Source: Nannocystis bainbridge
GTDB taxonomy: Bacteria > Myxococcota_A > Polyangia > Nannocystales > Nannocystaceae
NCBI RefSeq assembly: GCF_028368995.1
Contig: NZ_JAQNDL010000001.1
Coordinates: 3,968,001-4,032,000, forward strand
Direction: 5' to 3'
DNA: 64,000 nt
Positions 50,461 to 60,945 of the stretch are shown in pieces (within the stretch, counting starts at the first letter, position 1; every line of letters starts with the position of its first letter). The notes under the pieces are model-generated. The model searched no databases, was not told where the DNA came from, and saw nothing but the letters and a program-made list of their open reading frames with translations. Both the position numbers and the translations under genes were made by a program.

Positions 50461-51459
50461 TCACGCCCCGAGCCGCTTGAGCTCCCCGAACTTGCCGACC
50501 CGCAGCAGCACCCCGTGCTGCGCCAGCATGTCGACGAACTTCGGCCCGTCGACCAGCTTGAGGTTCGGCTCCCCGTGGGCCGCGCCGATCGCCTGCGGCG
50601 AGAACTCCGAGGTCGTCACCAGCAGCGCCTCCGCGAATTGTTGCCGGCGGTACGCCCCCAGCAGCTCGTCGACGAAGCGGCGCCCGACCGGCGCCGCGTA
50701 GCGCTTGGCCTGCACGGCGATCCGCGAGCGATGGCCCCACGCGTCGATGTGCGCCGCCACCACGTCGACCCCGCCGTCGAGCGGACCGCCGCGCTCCTCG
50801 ACGTCGACGTAGCCCATCGCCTTGAGCAGCTCGGCCACGATCGCCTCGAACTTGCGCGGCTCGACCCCCATCAGCCACTGCAGCGTCTGCTGCTTCACCA
50901 GCGCGTTGTGGCGGGCCACCAGCGCCTCGATCTGCGGCGCCGGGTCGCCGAGCTCGAGCTGCCCCGCCGGCGTCGCGTCCGGCCCCTGAATGTAGCGACG
51001 CCACTTGATCAGCGTGTGCGCCCGTCGCTCCGCCGTCGTCCGCGACAGCCCCGTCATCACCTCGAGCCGGCGCGTCAGCGTCGTCAGGTCGAGCGCCTCG
51101 CCGGCGAAGAACGACGCGAACGGTCGCAGCGCCCGCGCCAGCCCGACCGCCTCCGCGAACACCTGTCGCTCCTCGCGCGAGCCCTCGCCCGTGGCCAGCA
51201 GCCGCTGTCCGAGCGACGTCACCAGCAGCTCGCCGCGCGCATTGAACTCCACCGCCCCGAGGATCACCGCCGCCTGTCGGTAGTAGAGGAAGTGTCGCCG
51301 GTCGACATCGAGCAGCTCGAGCAGCATGCCCGCGTGTTCGATGCCGTCGCGCACCGCCGCCACCAGCTGCCGGATGTTGCTCAGGCGATCGGCCTGCGGC
51401 ACGTCCAGGGTGCGGTGCAGGCGATCGACGCGGGCCGTCTCCTGCTTTTCAAGCTTCAC
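50461..51459 (-). CDS. Mrr-type restriction endonuclease with N-terminal wHTH-like region
   Basis: FEAIVAELLKAMGY, DGGVD, VQAKRY, TTSEFS and LVDG. Start is uncertain. Confidence 0.85.
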   Translation of the reverse strand: MKLEKQETARVDRLHRTLDVPQADRLSNIRQLVAAVRDGIEHAGMLLELLDVDRRHFLYYRQAAVILGAVEFNARGELLVTSLGQRLLATGEGSREERQVFAEAVGLARALRPFASFFAGEALDLTTLTRRLEVMTGLSRTTAERRAHTLIKWRRYIQGPDATPAGQLELGDPAPQIEALVARHNALVKQQTLQWLMGVEPRKFEAIVAELLKAMGYVDVEERGGPLDGGVDVVAAHIDAWGHRSRIAVQAKRYAAPVGRRFVDELLGAYRRQQFAEALLVTTSEFSPQAIGAAHGEPNLKLVDGPKFVDMLAQHGVLLRVGKFGELKRLGA

Positions 51460-51740
51460 CACGCGCCGACCATCCCACGCCGCCAGCCCCTTGGGTACTG
51501 CTTTTTCGGCCAGATCGGCCGCGGCCCGGGGCGTTGTGGGCACTCGAAGGTACCCGCGGGGAATGACGGCACTCGAGGTCGTCGCAATGAGCGTATCCGC
51601 CCCGGAGTCTCGCACGCCCTCCGCCGGCCGCCCCGGGCCCTTCGCCGGCCTCCCCTTCCATGCAGCCCCGGGCGACCTCGGCCGCAAACGCAGCGAGGCG
51701 CCCCGCAGGAGCGCCTCGCCACGCTTCGAGCCCGCCGCGA

Positions 51741-53462
51741 TCAGGCCGCCGCGGCCTGCTTGCGCCGACGGAAGCCGACCAGCACCAGCAGCATCGGCCA
51801 CGCCGCCGTCGCGTTGGTCTCGCTCGAGCAGGCGCAACCACTCGCGTCGCCCTCGCCTTCGCCGGCGGTCGCCGCATCGGCGCCGGTCGAAGCGTCGTCG
51901 GTCCCACCGCTCGCTGAAGACGCCGAAGTCGTCGGCCCGTCGCCGGTGATGCCACCAGTGCTGCCGTTCGACTCGCCCTCCGACTCGCTGACGCTGCCGA
52001 TGCCGGTGTCGTCGCCGCTGTCGTCGCTGGTCGGCCCGCTCGTCGGCCCGCCCGTCTCGCTGTCACTCGACGTGCCCTCGGTCGGATCGGCGGTGGTCGA
52101 CGTCGTATCGCCGCCCGTCCCGGTGTCGGTCACCTCGAACGCGCCGACGTCCGGCGCCCCGTCGTCGCGCGGCACCCCGTCGTGATCGTCGACGATCTCG
52201 AACTCGGGCACCGGGAAGCCGACGTTGCGCAGCGGCGAATCGTCGGTCAGATGGAAGTCGCGCGCCGCCAGGTCGACGAACCCGAAGCTGGCAGGATCGC
52301 CGGCCATCTGGTTGCCCTCGTCGATGAACTCGGGCACCTCGCCGTTGACCGCGATCTCGCCCATGGCGGCCGCAGCGACCGCGTTGTTGCGCACGAAGCC
52401 CGGCCCGAGCGCCGCCCCGAACACCGCGATGCCCCACTCGCCCGAGTCGATCACGGTGTTGTGAGCGATCTGGATCTTCGAGCCCATGTTCAGGTTCTGA
52501 TCGTTGACGTAGATGCCGGAGTCGTCGAAGTTGGCGACCACGTTGTTGTAGAGCTGGGTGTGGCCGGCGCCGAAGATGAAAAAGCCGTTGGTGGGGCCGT
52601 CGAGCAGGGTATTGCCCCAAATCTTGCAACTCGAAGCGCCGCCGACCTGCAGCCCCTGCTGCTGGTACAGCTCGCCGGCGGTGCCGACGTTCTTGATGGT
52701 GTTGCGATAGAAGTGACAGTCGACCGGCGTCACCCCGATCTGCGCCCCGTCCCAGCCGGTGTTCTCGATGATGTTGTCGTGGATCTCCGCGCCGTGGTGC
52801 TCGTGCGGGTACAGCGTCACGTCTTTGCCGTCGCAGGTGAACACGCGCCCGCCGTAGCCGGTGCTGCCGAAATAGATGCCTTCGCCCTTCACGTCGTGGA
52901 TGTACATGTGGTGCAGCTTCGAGTTGTACATCACGAAATTGCCGAGGTTGGCCGTGCCGTCGCAGCGCGACTCCGTCTTCATCACCACCCCGGCGAAGCC
53001 CGCCTCGTAGACCTCCATGTGATCGATCTCGATGTCGCTGCTGAGACCGCCCACCGCCACCCCGAACGCCGAGTAGTCGGGCCCCGTCCGCGACGCCCGC
53101 ACCTTGAAGCCGTACGGGATGTCGCGGTCGCCCGCGCCGGTCACCCGCAGGAAGTGCGAGCCGTCGACCGTGAGCCCGTAGCCCTTGTCGTCGTTGTCGA
53201 TGTTGACCTGGCCCTCGCAGTTGCGGACCTCGATCGGCGAGCTCTCCTCGCCGACGAAGTCCTGCAGGCGCAAGAACGGCCGGTCGCCGCCGCGCACGCA
53301 CACGCTGTCGCCCGGCTTCACGCCCATCTGGGCGCCGTTCACGACCTCCCCCGCCAGCTCGATCACGTGGTCGCAGTCGCACGGCGACGCCGCCTCCGCG
53401 GCCTCCGGCGTGGTCATGATCAGCGCGACGAATGGTGCGACGACGACAAAGCGATGGGTCAT
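51741..53462 (-). CDS. Right-handed beta-helix protein with MYXO-CTERM-type tail
   Basis: Signal peptide, parallel beta-helix repeats, PDVGAFE, Thr/Ser linker and GCAC-TM-RRRK. Confidence 0.85.
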   Translation of the reverse strand: MTHRFVVVAPFVALIMTTPEAAEAASPCDCDHVIELAGEVVNGAQMGVKPGDSVCVRGGDRPFLRLQDFVGEESSPIEVRNCEGQVNIDNDDKGYGLTVDGSHFLRVTGAGDRDIPYGFKVRASRTGPDYSAFGVAVGGLSSDIEIDHMEVYEAGFAGVVMKTESRCDGTANLGNFVMYNSKLHHMYIHDVKGEGIYFGSTGYGGRVFTCDGKDVTLYPHEHHGAEIHDNIIENTGWDGAQIGVTPVDCHFYRNTIKNVGTAGELYQQQGLQVGGASSCKIWGNTLLDGPTNGFFIFGAGHTQLYNNVVANFDDSGIYVNDQNLNMGSKIQIAHNTVIDSGEWGIAVFGAALGPGFVRNNAVAAAAMGEIAVNGEVPEFIDEGNQMAGDPASFGFVDLAARDFHLTDDSPLRNVGFPVPEFEIVDDHDGVPRDDGAPDVGAFEVTDTGTGGDTTSTTADPTEGTSSDSETGGPTSGPTSDDSGDDTGIGSVSESEGESNGSTGGITGDGPTTSASSASGGTDDASTGADAATAGEGEGDASGCACSSETNATAAWPMLLVLVGFRRRKQAAAA

Positions 53463-53525
53463 CCCGCGAACGTCGACCACGGCCCGCCGGCCGTCAACCA
53501 GGACCTCACCGATCCGGCGCCACCG

Positions 53526-53921
53526 CTAGCCCTGCGCCACGCCGTCGACGTACACCCATCGCCCGTCTTCGCGGGTGAACCGGCTGCGCTCGCGCTGCAC
53601 GAAGCGGCGCCCCTCGGACTTGAGCGCCGCCTCGAACGCGACCACGCCGGTGTCATCCGCAGGCCCGCCGGCGACCGTATCGACGATGGTGAGCGACATC
53701 CCTCGCAAGCCGCGACAGTACGCGGCGAGCTGCTGGCGATCGATCGACCCGCGCGTCGCCGCGCTTGTGGTCTCGAGGAGATAGTCCACCGCCCCCTCCA
53801 CATACGCCGTGTAGCGGCTGCGCATCAGATCTTCCGCGGTCTCGGCCGGCCGCGCGCCGGCGAGGAGCGGGCCGCAGCAGCTCTCGTAGGTGCGACGACC
53901 GCACGGGCAACGCCTGGACAT
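53526..53921 (-). CDS. ychJ: YchJ / SEC-C family protein
   Basis: CPCG..CC, TAEDLMRSRYTAY, ERSRF and WVYVDG. Confidence 0.9.
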   Translation of the reverse strand: MSRRCPCGRRTYESCCGPLLAGARPAETAEDLMRSRYTAYVEGAVDYLLETTSAATRGSIDRQQLAAYCRGLRGMSLTIVDTVAGGPADDTGVVAFEAALKSEGRRFVQRERSRFTREDGRWVYVDGVAQG

Positions 53922-54078
53922 GCGGCGCATGATGCCACACGCCGCGACGCCGCGTCGCATGAGCCCGCCGCGCTCGCTGCACCGCGCTTGTCTTCTCGCG
54001 GCGGCGGGCTAGAACTCAGGCGCCGGCGTCACCTGCCCTTCCGGACAGCCTGCGCGGCGACCCCTGCGAGGACGACCG

Positions 54079-54546
54079 ATGAACGACGAATGGAAGCTCC
54101 CCTGGACCGGCGGCTGCCGCTGCGACCGCGTGCGGTTCCGCGTCACCACGCCGCCGCTCGTCACCAGCGCCTGTCACTGCCGCGGCTGCCAGCGCATGAC
54201 CGCCGGCCCGTTCTCGATGAGCCTGATGCTGCTGTCCGAGGGCTTCACGCTGACCAGCGGCGAGCCGGCGATCGGCGGCCTGCACGGTCCGAGCCGCCAC
54301 TTCTACTGCCCGCACTGCAAGTCGTGGATGTTCACCCGCCCGGACGGCATGGACCACCTCGTCATGATCCGCGCCACCATGCTCGACGACCACGCGTGGT
54401 TCGTCCCCTTCATGGAGACCGCGACCTCCGAGAAGCTGCCGTGGGTCACCACCCCGGCGAAGCACTCGTTCCCCGACCTGCCGCCGCCCGAGCAGTACGG
54501 CCCGCTCATGCAGGACTTCGCCGCTCGCGGCCCGCGCCCGCGCTGA
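54079..54546 (+). CDS. GFA (CENP-V) family protein
   Basis: GGCRC, CHCRGCQ and FYCPHC. Confidence 0.9.
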   Translation: MNDEWKLPWTGGCRCDRVRFRVTTPPLVTSACHCRGCQRMTAGPFSMSLMLLSEGFTLTSGEPAIGGLHGPSRHFYCPHCKSWMFTRPDGMDHLVMIRATMLDDHAWFVPFMETATSEKLPWVTTPAKHSFPDLPPPEQYGPLMQDFAARGPRPR

Positions 54547-54718
54547 TCGCCTCGCAGCCCGCGCACCCGTCGCGCCCGCGCGAATGAACCGCGGTCGGCC
54601 CCGCGACCCCATTCGCCGCAACGACGGCGCGGCGCGCCCCTCGCCCGCGTGTCGGCCACAGTCCCCACGCGCCCGCCCCCGCGCGGGAGTATCTTGGCTC
54701 GCGAGGAGCACCGACGTC

Positions 54719-56238
<1,520 letters not shown>

Positions 56239-56239
<1 letters not shown>

Positions 56240-56583
56240 TGGCCGCCGCGCCGCCCGCGATCGACGCCACGCCGGCCGCGCTGGCGCTGGTGGCCGCGCT
56301 GAGCGAGCGGCACGGCCCGCTGATGTTCCACCAGTCGGGCGGCTGTTGCGACGGCAGCGCGCCCATGTGCTACCCCGCCGGCGAGTTCAAGCTCGGCGCC
56401 CGCGACGTCCTGCTCGGCCACGTCGGCGGCGCCCCGTTCTACATCGGCGGCGACCAGTACGAGCGCTGGCGCCACACCCGCCTCACCCTCGACGTCGTGC
56501 GCGGCCGCGGCTCCGGCTTCTCGCTCGAGGCCCCCGAGGGCGTGCGCTTTTTGATCCGCTCCGACGTCTGCGCGGCCCCGTGA
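56239..56583 (+). CDS. DUF779 protein
   Basis: FHQSGGCCDGSAPMC and GRGSGFSLE, in its usual position after ALDH. Confidence 0.9.
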
Positions 56584-56591
56584 TCACCGGC

Positions 56592-56633
56592 TGTCTCTCG
56601 CGACATGTCCTCCATGACATGTCGTGATGGACA
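56592..56633. repeat. Three perfect TGTC-N6-GACA units filling a convergent gap
   Basis: TGTCTCTCGCGACA TGTCCTCCATGACA TGTCGTGATGGACA. Confidence 0.9.
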
Positions 56634-56635
56634 GC

Positions 56636-57043
56636 TCAAACAAGCTTCTCGAGCAGCCCGCGCAGCTGGGCCTGTTCGCCGCCGCTCAGGCGGCCCAGCC
56701 GGGCCGCGAAGGCGTCGGCGAGCAGCGTCAGCCCGCGCTGCATCACCTTGCGCCCGGCCGGCGTGACCACCAGCCGGTGCTTGCGCAGGTCGGCCGCGTC
56801 GATCTCCCGCTTGAGGAAGCCCGCCGCCTCGAGCCGCTTCACGTACAGCGTCATGGTCGGCTTCGGCATCACCAGCGCCACCGCCAGCTCGGCCGGGTAC
56901 GGGTGCTCGTCGACCTCCGACAGCACGAACAGCTCCTTGACCTCGAGGCCCAGCGCACCCACCTCGGCCGCCACCGTGGTGATCACGGACATCAGCAAAC
57001 GGTGATTGAGCGACCACAGCCTGGCGGCGTCGATTTTCGTCAT
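56636..57043 (-). CDS. MarR family regulator
   Basis: PKPTMT..VKRLE..G, DLRK..VTPAG. Confidence 0.9.
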   Translation of the reverse strand: MTKIDAARLWSLNHRLLMSVITTVAAEVGALGLEVKELFVLSEVDEHPYPAELAVALVMPKPTMTLYVKRLEAAGFLKREIDAADLRKHRLVVTPAGRKVMQRGLTLLADAFAARLGRLSGGEQAQLRGLLEKLV

Positions 57044-57065
57044 GGCTCCCCTTGCGGTCGGGTTA

Positions 57066-57111
57066 GTTCAGGACTAAACCAGTTCAAGGTTGAACAAGTT
57101 CGAGCCTGAAC
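57066..57111. promoter_or_regulatory. Three GTTC-N6-(G/A)AAC palindromes, candidate MarR operators
   Basis: GTTCAGGACTAAAC, GTTCAAGGTTGAAC and GTTCGAGCCTGAAC at 16-bp period between divergent MarR and AKR genes. Confidence 0.65.
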
Positions 57112-57136
57112 CATCTCGAACATACCAGGAGTCACG

Positions 57137-58216
57137 ATGCCCCTCGACCATTATGTGACGCTCGGCCGCTCCGGCCTGCGCGTGAGCCCCTTCTGCCTCG
57201 GTGCGATGACCTTCGGCGAGGACCTCGGGTGGGGTTCCAGCGTCAAGGAGTCGCAGCAGATCATCGATCGCTACATCGAGCTCGGCGGCAACTTCATCGA
57301 CACCGCCAACTTCTACACCAAGAGCCACTCCGAGAAGATCCTCGGCGACCACGTCGGCCGCCACGCCGCGCGCCGCGACCGCCTGGTGCTCGCCACCAAG
57401 TTCAGCGGCAACCTCTACCCGGGCGACCCCAACGGCGGCGGCTCGAGCCGCAAGTCGATCCTCGCCGCGTGCGACAATTCGCTGCGTCGCCTGCAGACCG
57501 ACTACATCGACCTCTACTGGCTTCACAACTGGGACGTCCACACGCCGATCGAGGAGACGATGGCGGCGCTGGACGACCTCGTGCGCGCCGGCAAGGTCCG
57601 CTACATCGGCGTCTCCGACACCCCCGCGTGGAAGATCGCCCAGGCCAACGTGACGGCGCAGTTCCGCGGCTGGTCGGCCTTCATCGCCATGCAGATCGAG
57701 TACTCGCTGCTCGAGCGCACGGTCGAGCAAGAGCTGGTCCCGCTCGCGCTCGAGTTCGGCATCGGCATCACCCCGTGGTCGCCGCTGAAGAGCGGCGTGC
57801 TCAGCGGCAAGTACACCCGCAACGGCAACGAGAAGGCCGGCCGCGGCGCGTTCGTCGAGCCCTACCTCAACGAGAAGACCTTCGCGCTGGTCGACGTGCT
57901 GGTGGAGATCGCCCGCGCGCACGAGACCACGGTCGCCCGCGTGGCCCTGGCGTGGGTGCAGGGCCGCCCGGGCGTGACCTCGACGATCATCGGCGCGCGC
58001 CTCGTGGCCCAGCTCGAGGACAACATCAAGGCGCTCGAGGTCAAGCTGAACGCCAATGACCTGGCCCGCCTCGACGCGCTCACCAAGCCGACCTTCGGCT
58101 TCCCGCAGAGCATGCAGCCGGTGTTCCCCGCGATCCACAACGGCGGCACCACCGTCAACGGCGTGGGCGCCCCGCTGAGCCCGTTCGTCATCGGCCAGGG
58201 CGAGAAGCCCTACTGA
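57137..58216 (+). CDS. Aldo/keto reductase
   Basis: LGAMTFG, DTANFY, LATK, DYIDLYWLH and PWSPL. Confidence 0.95.
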   Translation: MPLDHYVTLGRSGLRVSPFCLGAMTFGEDLGWGSSVKESQQIIDRYIELGGNFIDTANFYTKSHSEKILGDHVGRHAARRDRLVLATKFSGNLYPGDPNGGGSSRKSILAACDNSLRRLQTDYIDLYWLHNWDVHTPIEETMAALDDLVRAGKVRYIGVSDTPAWKIAQANVTAQFRGWSAFIAMQIEYSLLERTVEQELVPLALEFGIGITPWSPLKSGVLSGKYTRNGNEKAGRGAFVEPYLNEKTFALVDVLVEIARAHETTVARVALAWVQGRPGVTSTIIGARLVAQLEDNIKALEVKLNANDLARLDALTKPTFGFPQSMQPVFPAIHNGGTTVNGVGAPLSPFVIGQGEKPY

Positions 58217-58227
58217 CGCGCGCGCGC

Positions 58228-59763
58228 TCAGTTGATCTGCCGCGCGCGCCCTTCCCAGTAGGGCGCGCGCAGCTTGAATTTCTGCAGCTTGCCGGTCGAG
58301 GTGCGCGCCAGCTCGGTGCGCAGCTCGACCGACGTCGGGCACTTGTAGTGGGCCAGGCGCTGGCGACAGTGGGCGATCAGCTCGGCCTCGCCGACCGTCG
58401 CGCCCGGCGCGAGCACCACCAGCGCCTTGACCGTCTCGCCCCACTTCTCGTCCGGCACCCCGATCACCGCCGCCTCGGCGACCGCGGGGTGTGAGCAGAG
58501 CGCGTCCTCGACCTCGATCGACGACACGTTCTCGCCGCCGCTGATGATCACGTCCTTCTTGCGGTCGGAGATCGCCAGATAGCCCTCGGCATCGACCGTC
58601 CCGCCGTCGCCGGTGTGAAACCACCCGTCTTCGAGCGCCGTCGCCGTCGCCGCCTGCTCCTGCCAGTAACCCTCGAGCACCGTGTTGCCGCGCGCCAGCA
58701 CCTCGCCGTGCGCGTCGACCTCGATCTCGGTGCCCAGCGCCGGCGCGCCCGCGCGGCCCAGCTTCTCGGCCCGCTCGTGGTCCGTCAGCCCGTCCCACTC
58801 CTCGCGCGTGCGCGTGATCGTCAGCAGCGGCGAGGTCTCGGTCAGCCCGTAGATCTGGATGAACTCCCACCCGAGCTCCGACTCCACGCGCTCGATCGTC
58901 CGCGTCGGCGGCGGCGCCCCGGCACACACCACGCGCAGCTTGCCGCGCCCCGGGATCGGCCCCTGCCACCCCTGTGCCGCCGTCAGGATCGCGTTCAGCA
59001 CCGCCGGCGCCCCGCACATCAGCGTGATCCCGTGCGCTGCTACCCGGCGCAAGATCTCCGCCCCGTCGACCTTGCGCAGCACGTGCTGCCGGGCCCCCAG
59101 CCCCGCCAGCGCGAACGGCATGCCCCAACCATTGCAGTGGAACATCGGCAGCGTGTGCAGGTACACGTCGCGGTCCGACACCCCCGTGTGCAGCGCGAAC
59201 GTGGTCGCGTTGATCCACAGGTTGCGGTGCGTCAGCTGCACCCCCTTCGGTCGCGCCGTCGTCCCGCTCGTGTAGTTGATCGTCGCCGTCGCCCCTTCGT
59301 CGGGTTGCCAGCGCGCCGGCGCGACGTCGTGGCGCAGCAGCAGCGCGTCGCTCTCGGCCCCGAGCACGAAGCGCCGCGCGCAGCTCACCTCTGCCAGCGA
59401 CGCGTCGAGCTCCGGATCGACCAGCAGCATCGAGGCCCCCGAGTGCGCGACGATGTACGCGATCTCGGCCGGGCTGAGGCGGAAGTTGATCGGCACCAGC
59501 GCGCGCCCGTGGGCCGCCACCCCGAAGAACGCCACCAGCATGCGCGCCGCGTTGTGCGACACGATCGCCACCCGCTCGCCGAACCCGACCCCCAGCGTGT
59601 CGAGCCCGGCCGCCTGCGCGCGGGCCAGCGCGGCCAGGCGGCCGTACGTCAGCGGGGCCAGCGGCGCCGCTGGTTGCATCGGTTCATCGAACACGGCGAC
59701 GCGCTCGCCGTAGACCTGCTCGGCGCGGCGCATGAAGTCGAGGATCGTGAGCGGGACCAGCAC
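58228..59763 (-). CDS. Acyl-CoA synthetase (AMP-binding)
   Basis: YTSGTTARPKG, YGLTET, FHTGD and DRKKD..ISGGEN. Confidence 0.95.
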   Translation of the reverse strand: MLVPLTILDFMRRAEQVYGERVAVFDEPMQPAAPLAPLTYGRLAALARAQAAGLDTLGVGFGERVAIVSHNAARMLVAFFGVAAHGRALVPINFRLSPAEIAYIVAHSGASMLLVDPELDASLAEVSCARRFVLGAESDALLLRHDVAPARWQPDEGATATINYTSGTTARPKGVQLTHRNLWINATTFALHTGVSDRDVYLHTLPMFHCNGWGMPFALAGLGARQHVLRKVDGAEILRRVAAHGITLMCGAPAVLNAILTAAQGWQGPIPGRGKLRVVCAGAPPPTRTIERVESELGWEFIQIYGLTETSPLLTITRTREEWDGLTDHERAEKLGRAGAPALGTEIEVDAHGEVLARGNTVLEGYWQEQAATATALEDGWFHTGDGGTVDAEGYLAISDRKKDVIISGGENVSSIEVEDALCSHPAVAEAAVIGVPDEKWGETVKALVVLAPGATVGEAELIAHCRQRLAHYKCPTSVELRTELARTSTGKLQKFKLRAPYWEGRARQIN

Positions 59764-59828
59764 TTCGAGCTCCTGCGGCGAGAGAGAGGCCGTCAGGATC
59801 GCACGAAATCACCGGCGCGGCGATCGCC

Positions 59829-60710
59829 TCACGCGGGCTCCCAGGCTTCGGCGTCGAGGTCGGGAAAGTAAACCTCGCAGTTGCCTGCGGGGATCCGGCT
59901 GACCCGCGCGAAGCCGAGAGAGTCGGTGAAGCCGCGCCACTCGACCCCGTCCGGTGCCACGATCCGGTAGCGCTGACCCGGGATCCCCTCGCCGTCCTCG
60001 CCGACCAGCTGGACCCCCACCCAGTGCGTCGGCGGCCCCGCTTCCACCGCCGTGGACCGGCCCTCGTTCCGCGGCTCGCCCTCGGCTTTTTTGCCCGGCG
60101 GCCCGACGACCGGCGCCTTCCAGGCTTCGGCTACTTCGCCAGGCGGCCCGGCGATCGTCGCCGCGGGCTCCCAGGCTTCGCCGTCGAGGTCGGGAAAGAA
60201 CACCTGGCAGATGCCGGCCGGGATTCGGTTCACTCGCGCGACCCCGAGGGAGTCGGTGAAGCCGCGCCACTCGACCTCGTCCGGCGTGATGATCCGGTAG
60301 CGCTGCCCTGGGATCCCTTCGCCGTCCTCGCCGATCAGCTGGATCTCCACCCAGTGCGTCGGCAGCCCCGCCTCCACCGCCGTGAACCCGTCCTCGTTCG
60401 GCTGCTCGCCCTCGGCCTCCTCGCCCGGCGGCCCGATGATCGGCGCCTCGGTCGCCCCGCCGCGCGTGAGCACCAGGCGGCCCGCCACCAGCGCTCCCGC
60501 CAGGCGGCTCACCACGTCCTCGCCGGCGAAGAACTCGAGCTCGCCCGCCAGTCGCCGCAGCACCCACGCGTCGCGCGGGTCGGCGAGCAGCTGCGTCACG
60601 AAGGCCGCCGCCGCTCGCACGTCCGCGAACTCCAGCCGCGTCCCCGCCACCGGCCCTTCGCCGAACAGACGAACCTCGAGGTCGGCGACGCGGAGCGAGC
60701 GGAAGTCCAC
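59829..60710 (-). CDS. hypothetical protein with internal duplicated ~90-aa beta domain
   Basis: Two copies of THWV..QL.GEDGEGIPGQRYRI..PD..WRGFTDSLG..FPDLD.EAWEPA, about 330 bp apart. Confidence 0.75.
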   Translation of the reverse strand: MDFRSLRVADLEVRLFGEGPVAGTRLEFADVRAAAAFVTQLLADPRDAWVLRRLAGELEFFAGEDVVSRLAGALVAGRLVLTRGGATEAPIIGPPGEEAEGEQPNEDGFTAVEAGLPTHWVEIQLIGEDGEGIPGQRYRIITPDEVEWRGFTDSLGVARVNRIPAGICQVFFPDLDGEAWEPAATIAGPPGEVAEAWKAPVVGPPGKKAEGEPRNEGRSTAVEAGPPTHWVGVQLVGEDGEGIPGQRYRIVAPDGVEWRGFTDSLGFARVSRIPAGNCEVYFPDLDAEAWEPA

Positions 60711-60760
60711 GGTGGCGCCCACGCTATCGCAGCCGCCCTGGCCCAGCAAGGCGCGCCCGC

Positions 60761-60906
60761 GCGCGCCCGTCCGCGCGCCTCGCAAGCACCTGTCTCTCGG
60801 GACATCTCATCGCCACGCCGATCCTCCGCCGGGGGACAGGCGCGCGCGGGCGCGCCCGTCCGCCCCTCGAATCAACCTGTCTCTCGGGACATCTCATTGC
60901 CACGCC
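60761..60906. repeat. Imperfect ~58-bp direct repeat, each copy containing TGTCTCTCGGGACA
   Basis: Copies at 60761-60819 and 60850-60906. Confidence 0.8.
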
Positions 60907-60945
60907 CATCCCCCTTCCGCGCCCGCCCTCGCGTACGATGCCCGG

